Positions 24,741-34,736 of a DNA stretch of 60,122 bases are shown piece by piece. The notes beneath the pieces are model-generated. The model was given only the letters and a program-made list of their open reading frames with translations, made no database searches and was not told the origin of the DNA. This DNA comes from a virus (taxonomy: Duplodnaviria; Caudoviricetes): positions 1-60,122 of IMG/VR virus record IMGVR_UViG_3300046718_000378. One strand, written 5' to 3'. The position numbers and the translations under genes are program-made. Each line of letters starts with the position of its first letter. Position 1 is the stretch's first letter.

Positions 24741-27356
24741 ATGATGCTGCGATTCAAGGGTCTTCGGTTCGAGGCGCGCGGGCAATACGGCGTCAAGATT
24801 GATGCCACGTTCGACGTGCCGTGGACCTACGCAGGCGTTTCTAGCGCCTTCCCTGACGAAGGCGTAACCGATAAGGCGTCACAGCGTCTGTGGGCCGCTG
24901 CGGAGTACCGCCCAGGCGCCACGCGCGGCAACCAGGGCGTGGTCCAGGTCTACGCAGCCGTGCTCGATGCGGACTGTATGGACCCTGGGTCCTTGGACAG
25001 CCTGCTGGCGCTCCTGTACAAACAAGGGCGTGCCTTTGCTGCCTACACAAGTTGGTCGCACGGCTCCCCGGAAAAGCACCACAAGGATTCTGGCAAAACC
25101 GGACCGTTCGACTGCTTTCGTTTAGTGCTCCCGTACAGCCGGCCTCTCACACCCCCAGAGCATCAATGTGTTGTGCCGTCCCTTTTCGGCTTCGAGTTAC
25201 CGGCGCTTGAGCCGCGCTACAACGCGGAGGTGCTGGGCAGGTGGATGGAGCGCGCAAACGGCACATTTGTTGCCGCCAAGCCGCGCGGCTGGGACCCTGC
25301 GTCAGCACGCCCCGCGCAAAGCTACTTCACACCCGCACCGCACTCGTCTCTTGACGTAGGCGAAGGATACCCGCTCGACGTGGCCGCGATACTCGCGCGC
25401 CCGCAGACCGCGAGGCCGAATCTGATACGCGTGCACCGCGACCGCCAGGCTCCTACGCAAGCGGCTGTCGGAGCTCTCGCGGATATCGGGAAGGCTCTCG
25501 CACAACAGGGCTTCCACCTGGGCGACGAGTCCCCGGACGGCTGGCGGCGCACGGCGTGCCCCGTGTGCGCCCCGGATGCGGTGCAGAAGTCCCCCTCATT
25601 CCGCATCCGCGCCAACGGGGAGGCCGTGGACGGCCACTGCTTTGCGGGCTGCAAACGCTTGGACATCATGCGCGCGCTCGGGCTCCAAGAAGACGGCCGC
25701 TTCGACGCACCGTCCGAGCTCCGCACGCTCTTCGACTTGCAGCTGGAGTCGCAGACCATAGGCGACCCAGTGCCTGTGGACAAAGCTGTGGATACCCTGG
25801 TGGCAGATATCCGCAACGCGGTGGCTTCGCAGACCCCCACGGTCATCCAATACCCGGCCGGCACCGGCAAGAGCCATGCCAGCGCCATCGTGCTTGCCGA
25901 GCGGGTGCGCGCGGGGCGCAAGATCGTCTACGCAACTCAAGAACACGTGGTCGCGCACGAGACGCGCAGTAAGCTGGAGCCGGACGTCCTTGCTCGATCG
26001 GTGCACATCCACTCGCCGCTCGTTCAGGTAGGCGACGGCCCCGTCTGCCAGCGCAAGGCCGAGGTGTCGGCCCAGGTGTTCGAGCTCGGCGTAGGGCTGC
26101 TGTCGTCGATCTGCCCCAAGTGCCCGTACGTGCAGACCTGCGAAGCCCACGCAGCAGCCAAGCAGCGGGCGGCAGCGCTGCCGGACGCAGACCTGGTGTT
26201 CGTCTCGCACGCCGGCATACAGCAGCTGATAGGCACGGACGCGCTGGGCATGGCGAAGGGGTCGGACTACGAACTCATCGTCGATGAGATGACCGGCGTG
26301 TTCAACCCGGTGCAGGTCCACCTACCCGACCTCCGGGAGCTCGCTGCCGAAGGCCCCGGCCTGCGCTCGGTTCCGAACCGACTCGGGCGCGCGCTGCGCT
26401 CGCTGGCGTCGTCGTACTTGGCGTGCGAGCCGCCCCAGGAGGTCCGCTTCGGGCCGGGCGGGTCTGCGATGGGCAACGCGTTGGAGATCGTGCTTGAGGC
26501 CGGCGCCGTGCAGCTGTCGCCCAACGCCCGGCCCGCACCCGACGAGCGCGCCCAGCTCAAGTCGGCGGCAGCGCTAGTCAAGCTCGCGGTCCACCAGTCA
26601 GGCGGTGGGCAAGTCTACGGTCTAGACGAACCACAGCGTGAGGGGCTATCGGCCATGCTGCCAGATCCGTGCCACCAGGCGCTGCTCGCGCGCAAGGGCA
26701 CGCTGCTGTCGGCCACGCCGCTCATGCCGGCGCTGCCGTCGTTCGCCTTGAGGGAAGTCCAGGTCACTGATGGTGCCCGCGTGCGGCGCGTCATGCTGCT
26801 GGCCGGCCGCCGTGGGTCGTGGGCGCTCACCCGGATGTACCGCGACGGCAGCGGCAAGTACGTCCAGCGGGCACCCGAGCCAGGCGAGCCAGCCGGCGTA
26901 CCGTGGCCCGTGGTCGCTGCAGCCGTCAAGCGCGCCCGCGACGAGGCCCAGCGGTACGAATGCAAGCGCGTGCTCTTCGTGACGTTCAAAGGCGTTGCAG
27001 ACGCCCTGCGCGCGTCGCCGGTGTACTCCAAGTACGACTGGTTAGACGTCGCCCACTACGGCGCGCTTCGGGGGAAGAACGACTGGATGGAAGGCCGCCC
27101 ACAAGAGTGCTCGGTGATCTACTGCCTGGGCACGCCGCGGTCGGACATCCTGCCCACGCTGGCGCAGCTGGGTCTCACGGGAGAGGCAGCAGACCAGGCG
27201 TGGCGCGCGTACGCTGCCGGCGAGCTCACGCAGGCCGAGGGCCGGCTTCGTCTGCCACGACGCACGAAGCCGTGCTCGGTGCTGGTCGAGGGCGACGTGG
27301 CCCCTTCGTCCTGGACGAGTTCGACCGTAGACGAAGTGATCGAGCTTGACGTCTAA
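24741..27356 (+). CDS. Primase-polymerase (AEP-like) + zinc finger + SF2-like helicase fusion
   Basis: VLDAD, YTSWSH, FRLVLP; CPVC..HCFAGC; PAGTGKS, LIVDE; HYGALRGKN. Confidence 0.8.
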   Translation: MMLRFKGLRFEARGQYGVKIDATFDVPWTYAGVSSAFPDEGVTDKASQRLWAAAEYRPGATRGNQGVVQVYAAVLDADCMDPGSLDSLLALLYKQGRAFAAYTSWSHGSPEKHHKDSGKTGPFDCFRLVLPYSRPLTPPEHQCVVPSLFGFELPALEPRYNAEVLGRWMERANGTFVAAKPRGWDPASARPAQSYFTPAPHSSLDVGEGYPLDVAAILARPQTARPNLIRVHRDRQAPTQAAVGALADIGKALAQQGFHLGDESPDGWRRTACPVCAPDAVQKSPSFRIRANGEAVDGHCFAGCKRLDIMRALGLQEDGRFDAPSELRTLFDLQLESQTIGDPVPVDKAVDTLVADIRNAVASQTPTVIQYPAGTGKSHASAIVLAERVRAGRKIVYATQEHVVAHETRSKLEPDVLARSVHIHSPLVQVGDGPVCQRKAEVSAQVFELGVGLLSSICPKCPYVQTCEAHAAAKQRAAALPDADLVFVSHAGIQQLIGTDALGMAKGSDYELIVDEMTGVFNPVQVHLPDLRELAAEGPGLRSVPNRLGRALRSLASSYLACEPPQEVRFGPGGSAMGNALEIVLEAGAVQLSPNARPAPDERAQLKSAAALVKLAVHQSGGGQVYGLDEPQREGLSAMLPDPCHQALLARKGTLLSATPLMPALPSFALREVQVTDGARVRRVMLLAGRRGSWALTRMYRDGSGKYVQRAPEPGEPAGVPWPVVAAAVKRARDEAQRYECKRVLFVTFKGVADALRASPVYSKYDWLDVAHYGALRGKNDWMEGRPQECSVIYCLGTPRSDILPTLAQLGLTGEAADQAWRAYAAGELTQAEGRLRLPRRTKPCSVLVEGDVAPSSWTSSTVDEVIELDV

Positions 27357-27380
27357 CACTTCGCCAGGCGAGGATTACGT

Positions 27381-27590
27381 ATGGCCCACATAGCAAACCA
27401 AGTTCGGACGCTCTTCATGAACGCCGAAGACTACTTTCACGCCGGCTTCGCCGCCGATGCCATCGCCTTCTACATGGCTGGCACGGCGCTACTCCCCCAG
27501 GTCGGACATCCACTGGACTACTTAGAGCTCGTGCTGGAGCAAGAAACGCTCTTGCGCCGCTACGTAGTCCCAAACATGATGACGACTTGA
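27381..27590 (+). CDS. Hypothetical protein
   Basis: 69 aa; -10-like GAGGAT 5 nt before ATG. Confidence 0.55.
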   Translation: MAHIANQVRTLFMNAEDYFHAGFAADAIAFYMAGTALLPQVGHPLDYLELVLEQETLLRRYVVPNMMTT

Positions 27591-27623
27591 AACGTGTCCG
27601 TTAGTAGTGGACAGGAGTACCCG

Positions 27624-27791
27624 ATGGACAAGCACATAGCAGCCGTGAACGCAGAGCTCTTCGCCGCCTTCGGTGGCGGCAGCCGTACGCTGGAGCTCCC
27701 CGAGCGCTACCAGCCGCTGGACATCGACGTCACGGTGGTTGAGGACGACGCCGAGCTGGAGCACTACACCCGCTGGTTGGTGGCAGCGTGA
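27624..27791 (+). CDS. Hypothetical acidic protein
   Basis: SD AGGAG; GTGA-coupled to next gene. Confidence 0.6.
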   Translation: MDKHIAAVNAELFAAFGGGSRTLELPERYQPLDIDVTVVEDDAELEHYTRWLVAA

Positions 27792-29383
27792 CCGCCGAAC
27801 CGAAGCGCCTTTCCGCGAGCCAGGTCAAGCTGTTCGGCCGATGCCAGCGCCGCTGGGCGTTCGAGTACCTGGAGGGTCGCAAGACCACGGCCGGTAAGGG
27901 CGCAGAGCTAGGGTCCGCCGTCCACAAGGAGCTCGAAGACTGGCTGCTGCACAGCAAGCCACCCGAGACCCGCATCGCGATGGCCTTCCTGCCCCACACA
28001 CCCGCCCCCGGCATTCCGAAGGTGGAGACGGCGATCACCTTCGCCACGACCAACGCGGCGTGGCGCGGCTTTATCGACGTGCTCTACACGGTCGGCCCTG
28101 CCCCGTATGCAGAGAGCGGTGACGTGGTGATCCACGACCACAAGACAACGTCCGCGCTGTCGTACGCCCTGACGCCCGAAGGTCTGGCTGTCGACGCCCA
28201 GGCCAACCTATACGCGTACTGGGCGTACCTGCAGGGTGCGCGCACCGTAACTGCAAAGTGGGTGTATGTCCAAACGAAAGGCGCCACGCGCGCGCAGCCT
28301 GTGGAGCTGACTTTCGAGCGCCACCGTGTTGAAGCCGTCGTCGGACTGCTTGACGAAGCCGGCGCCGTTGCGACAAGATTGTATCAGCTTCGTCCGAAAA
28401 CGTCTGACGTCCCGGCGAACACGACCGACTGTTACTCATACGGCCAACGCTGCCCCCACTACGAAGACTGCAAACCCGAGCGCACACTAGCCCTCAAGAT
28501 GCCCACCGGAGAACCAGAAACCATGTCCGAAGCCTTCAAAGCCTCCCTCACCTCATCCTTCCCCAAGTCCGCACCGCCCCTGCCCGCCAAGGCGCCAGCG
28601 CTGCCGGCCACCGCCAAGAAGGCGCCACCGCCCCTCCCCAAAGGCCCGACACCCGGCGCAGTGGAGTCCATCGCGGCCCAGTTCGCGGCCATAACGGGCT
28701 CGCTCACCCAGCTAGTGGACGCCGAGCCCGTGGTGGAGTCGGGGTTCATGAACAGCCCGGAAGCCCCTGTAGAGCCCGCCGTGTCGCCGGAGGACGCAGT
28801 GGTCAAGCAGCAGATTGCGCCGCCGCCACCGCCCCCCAAGGACGACTTGGACGACATGACCGACGAGCAGCTCAAGGAGCTCGGCATGGCGCTTGGCGCC
28901 TTCGACAAGTCGAACAAGGCCCGCCGCCCCGGCCGCATCGGCATGATCCGCGCCAAGCGTATGGAACTGGGGTCTGCAGCCCCCACGGCCGCAATCGCGG
29001 AAGAGCGCACGGAAGGCTGGGCTGCGGTTGAGGCAGCAGGCGGACTTTCCGAAAATACTGCGCAAAAATCTGGCGCCGAATCGGAGATCGGGATTTCGAC
29101 TGGCCTGAACGTCCTGTACCTGAACTGCGCACCCAGCTACGGCGGGCTCACGCTGCCCGAGCTGCTGGAGACCTTGCGCCCCGCGTTCAAGGCAGCCACC
29201 GGCGCCGACGACTACCGTCTGGTGGAGTACGGCAAGGGCGCTGGCGCGATGTCGGTAGGGTTGCGCGAACACTTCGCGGCCCACTACGTCAACGAGCTCG
29301 TGGTAGACACCCGCACGCAAGAAGGCATGGCGTTCGCGTCCACGCTGGCAGCCGTAGCCGCCAACGTCATCCGCGGCTTCTAA
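27788..29383 (+). CDS. Cas4/RecB-like PD-(D/E)XK exonuclease with long C-terminal extension
   Basis: LSASQV..F.RCQRRW, GSAVH..LE, GFID, IHDHKT, C...CPH..DC. Confidence 0.85.
   Translation: MTAEPKRLSASQVKLFGRCQRRWAFEYLEGRKTTAGKGAELGSAVHKELEDWLLHSKPPETRIAMAFLPHTPAPGIPKVETAITFATTNAAWRGFIDVLYTVGPAPYAESGDVVIHDHKTTSALSYALTPEGLAVDAQANLYAYWAYLQGARTVTAKWVYVQTKGATRAQPVELTFERHRVEAVVGLLDEAGAVATRLYQLRPKTSDVPANTTDCYSYGQRCPHYEDCKPERTLALKMPTGEPETMSEAFKASLTSSFPKSAPPLPAKAPALPATAKKAPPPLPKGPTPGAVESIAAQFAAITGSLTQLVDAEPVVESGFMNSPEAPVEPAVSPEDAVVKQQIAPPPPPPKDDLDDMTDEQLKELGMALGAFDKSNKARRPGRIGMIRAKRMELGSAAPTAAIAEERTEGWAAVEAAGGLSENTAQKSGAESEIGISTGLNVLYLNCAPSYGGLTLPELLETLRPAFKAATGADDYRLVEYGKGAGAMSVGLREHFAAHYVNELVVDTRTQEGMAFASTLAAVAANVIRGF
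29052..29080 (+). repeat. 29-bp direct repeat copy 1 (inside exonuclease CDS)
   Basis: AAAATACTGCGCAAAAATCTGGCGCCGAA identical to 31465-31493. Confidence 0.9.
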
Positions 29384-29416
29384 TACTGCTACCTAACGCC
29401 AGCGTCGGAGTGTAAC

Positions 29417-31450
29417 GTGAACGCCCTTGCCCTGCTCGACTCGGTCGGCCTTACCCTGGCGCAGCTGCGCGCTGCAACGGAAGAAGTCGAGGAGAAGAAG
29501 CCTCGCTTCACGGACGTACAGTCCGGCCCCGAGATGCTGCGCATCCTGGCGCTGCCCCGCCGCAAGGCCCCAAAGGTCGACTGCCCCGTAGCAGCCGAGC
29601 TCGCGCAGTTCTGCACGGCCACGCTCGCCAAGGTGCCTGCGCCCTTCCCAGGCACGCTTCGGGCGCTCCAAGGCGCCGCCCTGTCCGAGATGTGGCAGGT
29701 GCGGGGGCTGGCCGGGTTCATCCGCGCAGGCGGCGGCAAGATGCTCACGTCGTACCTGGCGCCGTCCGTACTGCGCACCGGTGGCAGCGTGCTGCTCATC
29801 GCCCCGGCGCAGATGCGGCCGGACACGGCGAAGATGTTCAAGCTGTACGCCCGTGACTGGCACGGCTACCCGCTTGCGGAGTTCCCGTTCCGGTCGTACG
29901 AAGAGCTGTCCCAGCCGGCAGCGGGGGAAGAGCTCGACGCGGAAGGCAACGTCATCCGCCCTGGGCTGCTCGACCTGCTGCGCCCGTCCATCATCATCCT
30001 GGACGAAGCCCACAAGGTCCAGTCCCTGGACAACGTGGCCAGGCGCCGGCTAGAGCGCTACAAGCGCGCGAACCCTTCTACGATCTTCATCGTGCTAACG
30101 GCCACGCCGTTCAACACCAGCATCAAAGACGCGTGCCACCTGCTCGACTGGGCGCTGGGCGCCGGGTCGCCGCTGCCGCGCGCCGGCAACGAGCACTGGA
30201 ACGAGCGCGAGATGTGGGCGCAGTACCTGGACCCCCGCCAGTCCCAAGGGCCGCGCGTGGGCGTGGGCGCGCTGCTCAACTTCCTGTCGCCGGCGGAGCT
30301 AGTAGCCTTCGACGAGGCCACAGACACCGACGAAGGACTAGACCGGGGCGACGTCCAGCGCAAGATCGTTCGCCGCGCCATAGCGCGCTGGATGTACGAC
30401 ACGCCCGGCGTGATCTCCAGCCAAGAAGGTAAGCTCATCGACGATGACGGCCGGGAGATCGGCTTGGAGATCATGGCGCAGGAGCCGTTGCGGGAGACGC
30501 CCGAAGTGGAGGAGTTCTTCAAGCACCTACGTGGCGATGCACTGGAAGCCCTGCGTGAAGGCCGCCCACGTGAGCAGCTGGACGAGTACGATGAGAACGG
30601 CAAGCAGCTCCTGGCCTACCCAGGCTGGCGCCTGCCTGACGGCACCGAAGGCGAAGACGGCCTCTGGTTCGCTGCGCAAGCGGACAAGGGCGGGCTGGGG
30701 TTCTGGCAGCGCCCGTGCGAGCCGCTGGCGGACGATGGCTACGTGGCCGCGCGCAACCAGTGGGCCAAGTGGTGCCGCGACATGATCAAGCGCAACCGCC
30801 GAGGCATCGACTCGGCCGCGCGCATGGAAGCCGCCGTGCGCAAGGGACTCTACGACGACGAGGGGCTGCTGGAGCACTGGGTGGAGATGCAGCGCAACTA
30901 CACCGCCACGACTGGGCTAAAGACCCCGCCCACGGAGCCGGTGTGGCTGTCGGACGAAGCAATCCGCGCCGCCGAGCAGTGGGTCCGCGAACACAGCGGT
31001 GTCATCTGGGTGCGCTACACGTGCCTGGGTGAGCGGCTGGCACAGGAGCTGGGGCTGCCGTTCTATCGCCGCGGGGCCAAGGATGCCAAGACCAAGCGCC
31101 ACATCATGGAGCACCGGGGCGGCGCCGCCGTGGTGTCCATCCAGTCTGCCAAGGAGGGCAAGAACTTGCAGGGCTTGTGGTCCAGCAACCTGTGGATGGC
31201 GCCGCCCGGCGAGCAGTCCCTGGCGCGCACCCACCGAGCCGGCCAGCGCGCCGCCGTAGTGCGCAACTGGGTTTACGTCGGCAGTTACGAGCACTTGGCG
31301 TCGTTTTACCGTGGTCGTGACGTGAAAGCGGACTTCCACAGTGACCTCACCCTGCAGGACCAGAAGATGGTGTACGCGGCAGGTGAACTGCCGTCGCTGG
31401 CAGAGCTCCAGGCACGCGGCACCAACCGCTGGACGAAGAGCGAGCTGTAG
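29417..31450 (+). CDS. SNF2-like SF2 DNA helicase
   Basis: AGGGKM, IILDEAH, LTATP, KEGKNLQ, QSLARTHRAGQ. Confidence 0.85.
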   Translation: MNALALLDSVGLTLAQLRAATEEVEEKKPRFTDVQSGPEMLRILALPRRKAPKVDCPVAAELAQFCTATLAKVPAPFPGTLRALQGAALSEMWQVRGLAGFIRAGGGKMLTSYLAPSVLRTGGSVLLIAPAQMRPDTAKMFKLYARDWHGYPLAEFPFRSYEELSQPAAGEELDAEGNVIRPGLLDLLRPSIIILDEAHKVQSLDNVARRRLERYKRANPSTIFIVLTATPFNTSIKDACHLLDWALGAGSPLPRAGNEHWNEREMWAQYLDPRQSQGPRVGVGALLNFLSPAELVAFDEATDTDEGLDRGDVQRKIVRRAIARWMYDTPGVISSQEGKLIDDDGREIGLEIMAQEPLRETPEVEEFFKHLRGDALEALREGRPREQLDEYDENGKQLLAYPGWRLPDGTEGEDGLWFAAQADKGGLGFWQRPCEPLADDGYVAARNQWAKWCRDMIKRNRRGIDSAARMEAAVRKGLYDDEGLLEHWVEMQRNYTATTGLKTPPTEPVWLSDEAIRAAEQWVREHSGVIWVRYTCLGERLAQELGLPFYRRGAKDAKTKRHIMEHRGGAAVVSIQSAKEGKNLQGLWSSNLWMAPPGEQSLARTHRAGQRAAVVRNWVYVGSYEHLASFYRGRDVKADFHSDLTLQDQKMVYAAGELPSLAELQARGTNRWTKSEL

Positions 31451-31464
31451 CAGCCGATTTCGCC

Positions 31465-31493
31465 AAAATACTGCGCAAAAATCTGGCGCCGAA
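31465..31493 (+). repeat. 29-bp direct repeat copy 2 (intergenic)
   Basis: Precedes TTGACC-N17-TCTGAT candidate promoter of the SSB-like gene. Confidence 0.9.
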
Positions 31494-31583
31494 ACGAGTT
31501 TGCAAAAACCAGATTGACCCCACGCACCCGGCATGGTCTGATTAGCAAGTCACCGCAACCAAGCAGTCGCAGGAGTACAGCAC

Positions 31584-32249
31584 ATGGCATTCGGAATGAG
31601 CAACGCAACGTCGTCGGAAAAGTACAATCGTGAGAAGCTTTCGCCCGGCGAGCATATATGCCGGGTTCGCGATGTCCGCGAAAACAACGGGTTCAAGGGG
31701 GAAGGCTTCTTCGTAGATTTCGAGGTGGTGTCGGGACCCAGTGGCGCCGGCTTCCAGAGCGCGTACATCGTGTACCCCAAGAAGGCGCGCGGCAACGACA
31801 AGATGACCGAGGAGCAGGCGTTCGCCCGCGAGCTCGGCAAGATCCAGCGCGCGGTCGCTGCGTGCTCGGGCCTCACCGCCAAGCAGCAGGGCGAGATCAA
31901 CGACGCGCGCTACCAGGCCGCCATCGCGCGCCCCGTATCGCCGCTCAAAGGTCGGCTCATCGTGGTGAACGCAGTGCGCCACGTCAACGTGAAGAAGGAA
32001 GAGACCGTGTACTACGAGCTCTCCCCGCACTTCGGTGACGTGTCCGCCTCCGTTCCCGCAGCAGCGCCGGCCAACACCAACGCGCCAGCGAAGCCCGGCC
32101 CGGCGCTGCCCGTCAAGGCAGCCAAGCCCGCGTTCGTGGACGCCATGCTCGCTGCCGGCTACGTCCTGCACGAGGAGAATGCGGACTACTGCCACAACGG
32201 CGTCGAAGTGATCGAGCTCAGCGAGCTCCGCACGCGCCTCGGCTACTAG
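31584..32249 (+). CDS. Putative single-stranded DNA-binding protein
   Basis: Beta-rich N-domain with Ala/Pro linker; position in replication module; SD AGGAG. Confidence 0.55.
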   Translation: MAFGMSNATSSEKYNREKLSPGEHICRVRDVRENNGFKGEGFFVDFEVVSGPSGAGFQSAYIVYPKKARGNDKMTEEQAFARELGKIQRAVAACSGLTAKQQGEINDARYQAAIARPVSPLKGRLIVVNAVRHVNVKKEETVYYELSPHFGDVSASVPAAAPANTNAPAKPGPALPVKAAKPAFVDAMLAAGYVLHEENADYCHNGVEVIELSELRTRLGY

Positions 32250-32375
32250 TCCCGGCTGCCGACTACGGTCGGCCGTCTCAATCTGTGCCGCTTCAGCGCG
32301 CTAACGCAGCGGGCGAGGAGACGCCCGTGAAGCGGCACAGATTGAGGCGTAGCCTTGCGCCTTACAGGAGTACCA

Positions 32376-32657
32376 ATGTCAATCGTCCGCACCATCGCCC
32401 GTTCAATCGACCGCACCGACCACCGCCTGGCCCTGCTTGGCGAGCGCAACGTGCTCCCCAGCACCAGCAACTTCCGCGCCGCGCTGGCCGGCAACGGGTC
32501 GGCAGGACTCCGCAAGCGCGCGGCGAAGGCGGCGGCCCACTACGACCGCAAGGCGACGCTGGACAGCAAGCCGTTGCTAACCAAGCAGCAGGTCCGTCAG
32601 CTGGAGCTCCACATCGCGAAGCTTGAAGCCGCCCACCGTGCCGAGGTGTCCAAGTGA
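32376..32657 (+). CDS. Hypothetical protein
   Basis: 93 aa; SD AGGAG. Confidence 0.65.
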   Translation: MSIVRTIARSIDRTDHRLALLGERNVLPSTSNFRAALAGNGSAGLRKRAAKAAAHYDRKATLDSKPLLTKQQVRQLELHIAKLEAAHRAEVSK

Positions 32658-33169
32658 AATCCGTTGACCGCTTCCAGCTGATGACCGAGCGCTTCATGCT
32701 CAACCTGACGCGCGGCGCCATCATCCCCGAAGACACCTGCGCGCTCGGCCTGGCCGGCGAAGTGGGCGAAGTCTGTGCCTTACTGGCCGCCAAGCCTGCC
32801 GACGCAGCCATGGTCTTGGAGCTTGGCGACGTGCTGTGGTACATCACAGCGCTTGCTTGGCACTACGACTGCAAGCTTGCCGATCTGATTGCCGATGCCG
32901 GCGACCACTACCGCGCCGACACCGCCAACGCTGTGCTGTCCTTGGTCGCCCACACCGGCGCCGTTTGCGACATCATCAAGAAGACCCAGTGGCACGGCAA
33001 GGAGCCCAACCAAGGCGCCGTACTTGCCGGTCTGCGAGACGCAGTGGCGGCCATCCGAGTGCTGGCGTACCGCCACGGTGCGACGCTGGACCTGGTCATG
33101 GACGCGAACATAGCGAAGCTCCGGGCGCGGTATCCTGCAGGGTTCGTAGAAGGCGGGGGAGTGCGATGA
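32654..33169 (+). CDS. MazG-like NTP pyrophosphohydrolase
   Basis: LGLAGEVGEV, ELGDVLWY, NIAKLRARYP; internal degenerate duplication. Confidence 0.85.
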   Translation: MKSVDRFQLMTERFMLNLTRGAIIPEDTCALGLAGEVGEVCALLAAKPADAAMVLELGDVLWYITALAWHYDCKLADLIADAGDHYRADTANAVLSLVAHTGAVCDIIKKTQWHGKEPNQGAVLAGLRDAVAAIRVLAYRHGATLDLVMDANIAKLRARYPAGFVEGGGVR

Positions 33170-33306
33170 ACCCAGGCGACGTTGTGCAGCTGCCAGACGG
33201 CCGCACCGGATACTTCCAGACCAAGAACAAGGACGGCACCGCGGACGTACTGGTCCGCATTACGGTCCCAGCAACCGACGCCAAGAAGTTGAAGGCAGTC
33301 CGATGA
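33166..33306 (+). CDS. Small hypothetical protein (46 aa)
   Basis: MNPGDVVQLPDG...; ATGA-coupled on both sides. Confidence 0.6.
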   Translation: MNPGDVVQLPDGRTGYFQTKNKDGTADVLVRITVPATDAKKLKAVR

Positions 33307-34736
33307 CCAAGCGCTACCTCATAACCACTGCAGTAAATGAGACCCGCGTACACACCGGCTTCTGGGGTGCGCTCAAGACGTACGCCCGCGAGCAAGGCGC
33401 AGAGCTCTTGGTCGTGGCGGCCATGTACAAGAACCCCACCGCCAAGCGTGGCAAGGCCAAGCGCCTCGCTGAGTCGGTGTACGCCAAGCAGGTGGTGCCC
33501 TACTTGACGCGCGACACCATCCGCCTCGGCCGCAACCTGACGCTGTTCGCAGACGTCCCGGTGCAGCCTACGGCATCGAGCCCCACCAGCGGGTTCGAGG
33601 TCTTGTGCGCGGGCACGTCCGCCATCATAGGCCACGTCAAGCGCGCCATGACCGTGGTGCCCACCGAGACCCGCTCGCCCAGAGTCATCTGGTCCACGGG
33701 TGCGTGCACCCTGGCGAAGTATTCCAAATCCCGCGCCGGTGCGCGGGCCAAGCGCCACCACGCGCTCGGTGCCGTGGTGGTCGAGTGCGAGCGCGGCGGA
33801 GACTTCTACGTCCGCCACGTCTCGGGCAACCACGATGGCTCGTTCACAGACCTAGACCGCGTGTATACGGCTACCGGCTCCAGGCCGGCCCCGTCCGCGC
33901 TGTCCGTAGTCCTGGGCGATGTCCACGTAGGGCACGAGGACGAGGCCGTTCTGGAGGCGTCTGAAGCGCTCGTAGACCTACTCAAGCCTAAGCACTTGGT
34001 GCTGCATGACGTGCTGGACATGTCGTCTCGTAGCCACCACCGCCAAGGTGAGCGCGACCGCTACGACGGGCGCTTCGACACGGTTGAAGCCGAAGTCAAG
34101 GCGAACGCCGCCATGCTCACGCGCTTCGCACATTGGGACTGCGGCCAAGTGGACGTCGTAAGGTCCAACCATGACGAACACCTGACGCGCTGGCTCCAGG
34201 AGTTCCGCCCGGACCAGGACATCGTCAACGTGCCGTACTGGCACCGGCTCAAGGCGCGGGTGTACGACCACCGTGAAGAGCACGGGTCATGGCCTAACGA
34301 GTTCGAGATGGAAATGCGCCGGCTGGAGGTGCCCTATTACGTAAAGTTCCTCAGCCGCGAAGACTCCCTTCGGGTAGGCAACGTGGAGCACTCCTTCCAC
34401 GGGGATGACGGCGTTAACGGGTCACGCGGGTCCATCCTTGGCTACACCAAGCTGGGCGCCAAGGTTACTATCGGCCACTCGCACACCCCCGGCATCCGGG
34501 ACGGTGTGTTCCAGACGGGCGTCACCGGGTCACGGCGAATGGGCTACAACCGTCGCCCCAGCACCTGGCTGAACGCGCACGTAGTCCTCCACGCAGACGG
34601 CAAACGGCAGCTGGTTGTGATCATCAACGGGAAGTTTCGAGGCACCCCATGTCAATCTGCACGTACACGCGCCACCACGGTCACTACTATTGCCAAGACA
34701 ACGCGGCGTGCCACGCCGGCCCGGAGAGCAGCATGA
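33303..34736 (+). CDS. T5 A1-like metallophosphoesterase/nuclease
   Basis: RYLITTA.N, SAIIGH, STGACT, GDVH, HDVLD, SNHD, FHGD.G.NGSRG, IGHSH. Confidence 0.8.
   Translation: MTKRYLITTAVNETRVHTGFWGALKTYAREQGAELLVVAAMYKNPTAKRGKAKRLAESVYAKQVVPYLTRDTIRLGRNLTLFADVPVQPTASSPTSGFEVLCAGTSAIIGHVKRAMTVVPTETRSPRVIWSTGACTLAKYSKSRAGARAKRHHALGAVVVECERGGDFYVRHVSGNHDGSFTDLDRVYTATGSRPAPSALSVVLGDVHVGHEDEAVLEASEALVDLLKPKHLVLHDVLDMSSRSHHRQGERDRYDGRFDTVEAEVKANAAMLTRFAHWDCGQVDVVRSNHDEHLTRWLQEFRPDQDIVNVPYWHRLKARVYDHREEHGSWPNEFEMEMRRLEVPYYVKFLSREDSLRVGNVEHSFHGDDGVNGSRGSILGYTKLGAKVTIGHSHTPGIRDGVFQTGVTGSRRMGYNRRPSTWLNAHVVLHADGKRQLVVIINGKFRGTPCQSARTRATTVTTIAKTTRRATPARRAA

Noticed and set aside
27788-29383. CRISPR-Cas system (Cas4)
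   Set aside because: No cas1/cas2 and no multi-repeat array seen; solo Cas4-like nucleases are common in phage replication modules
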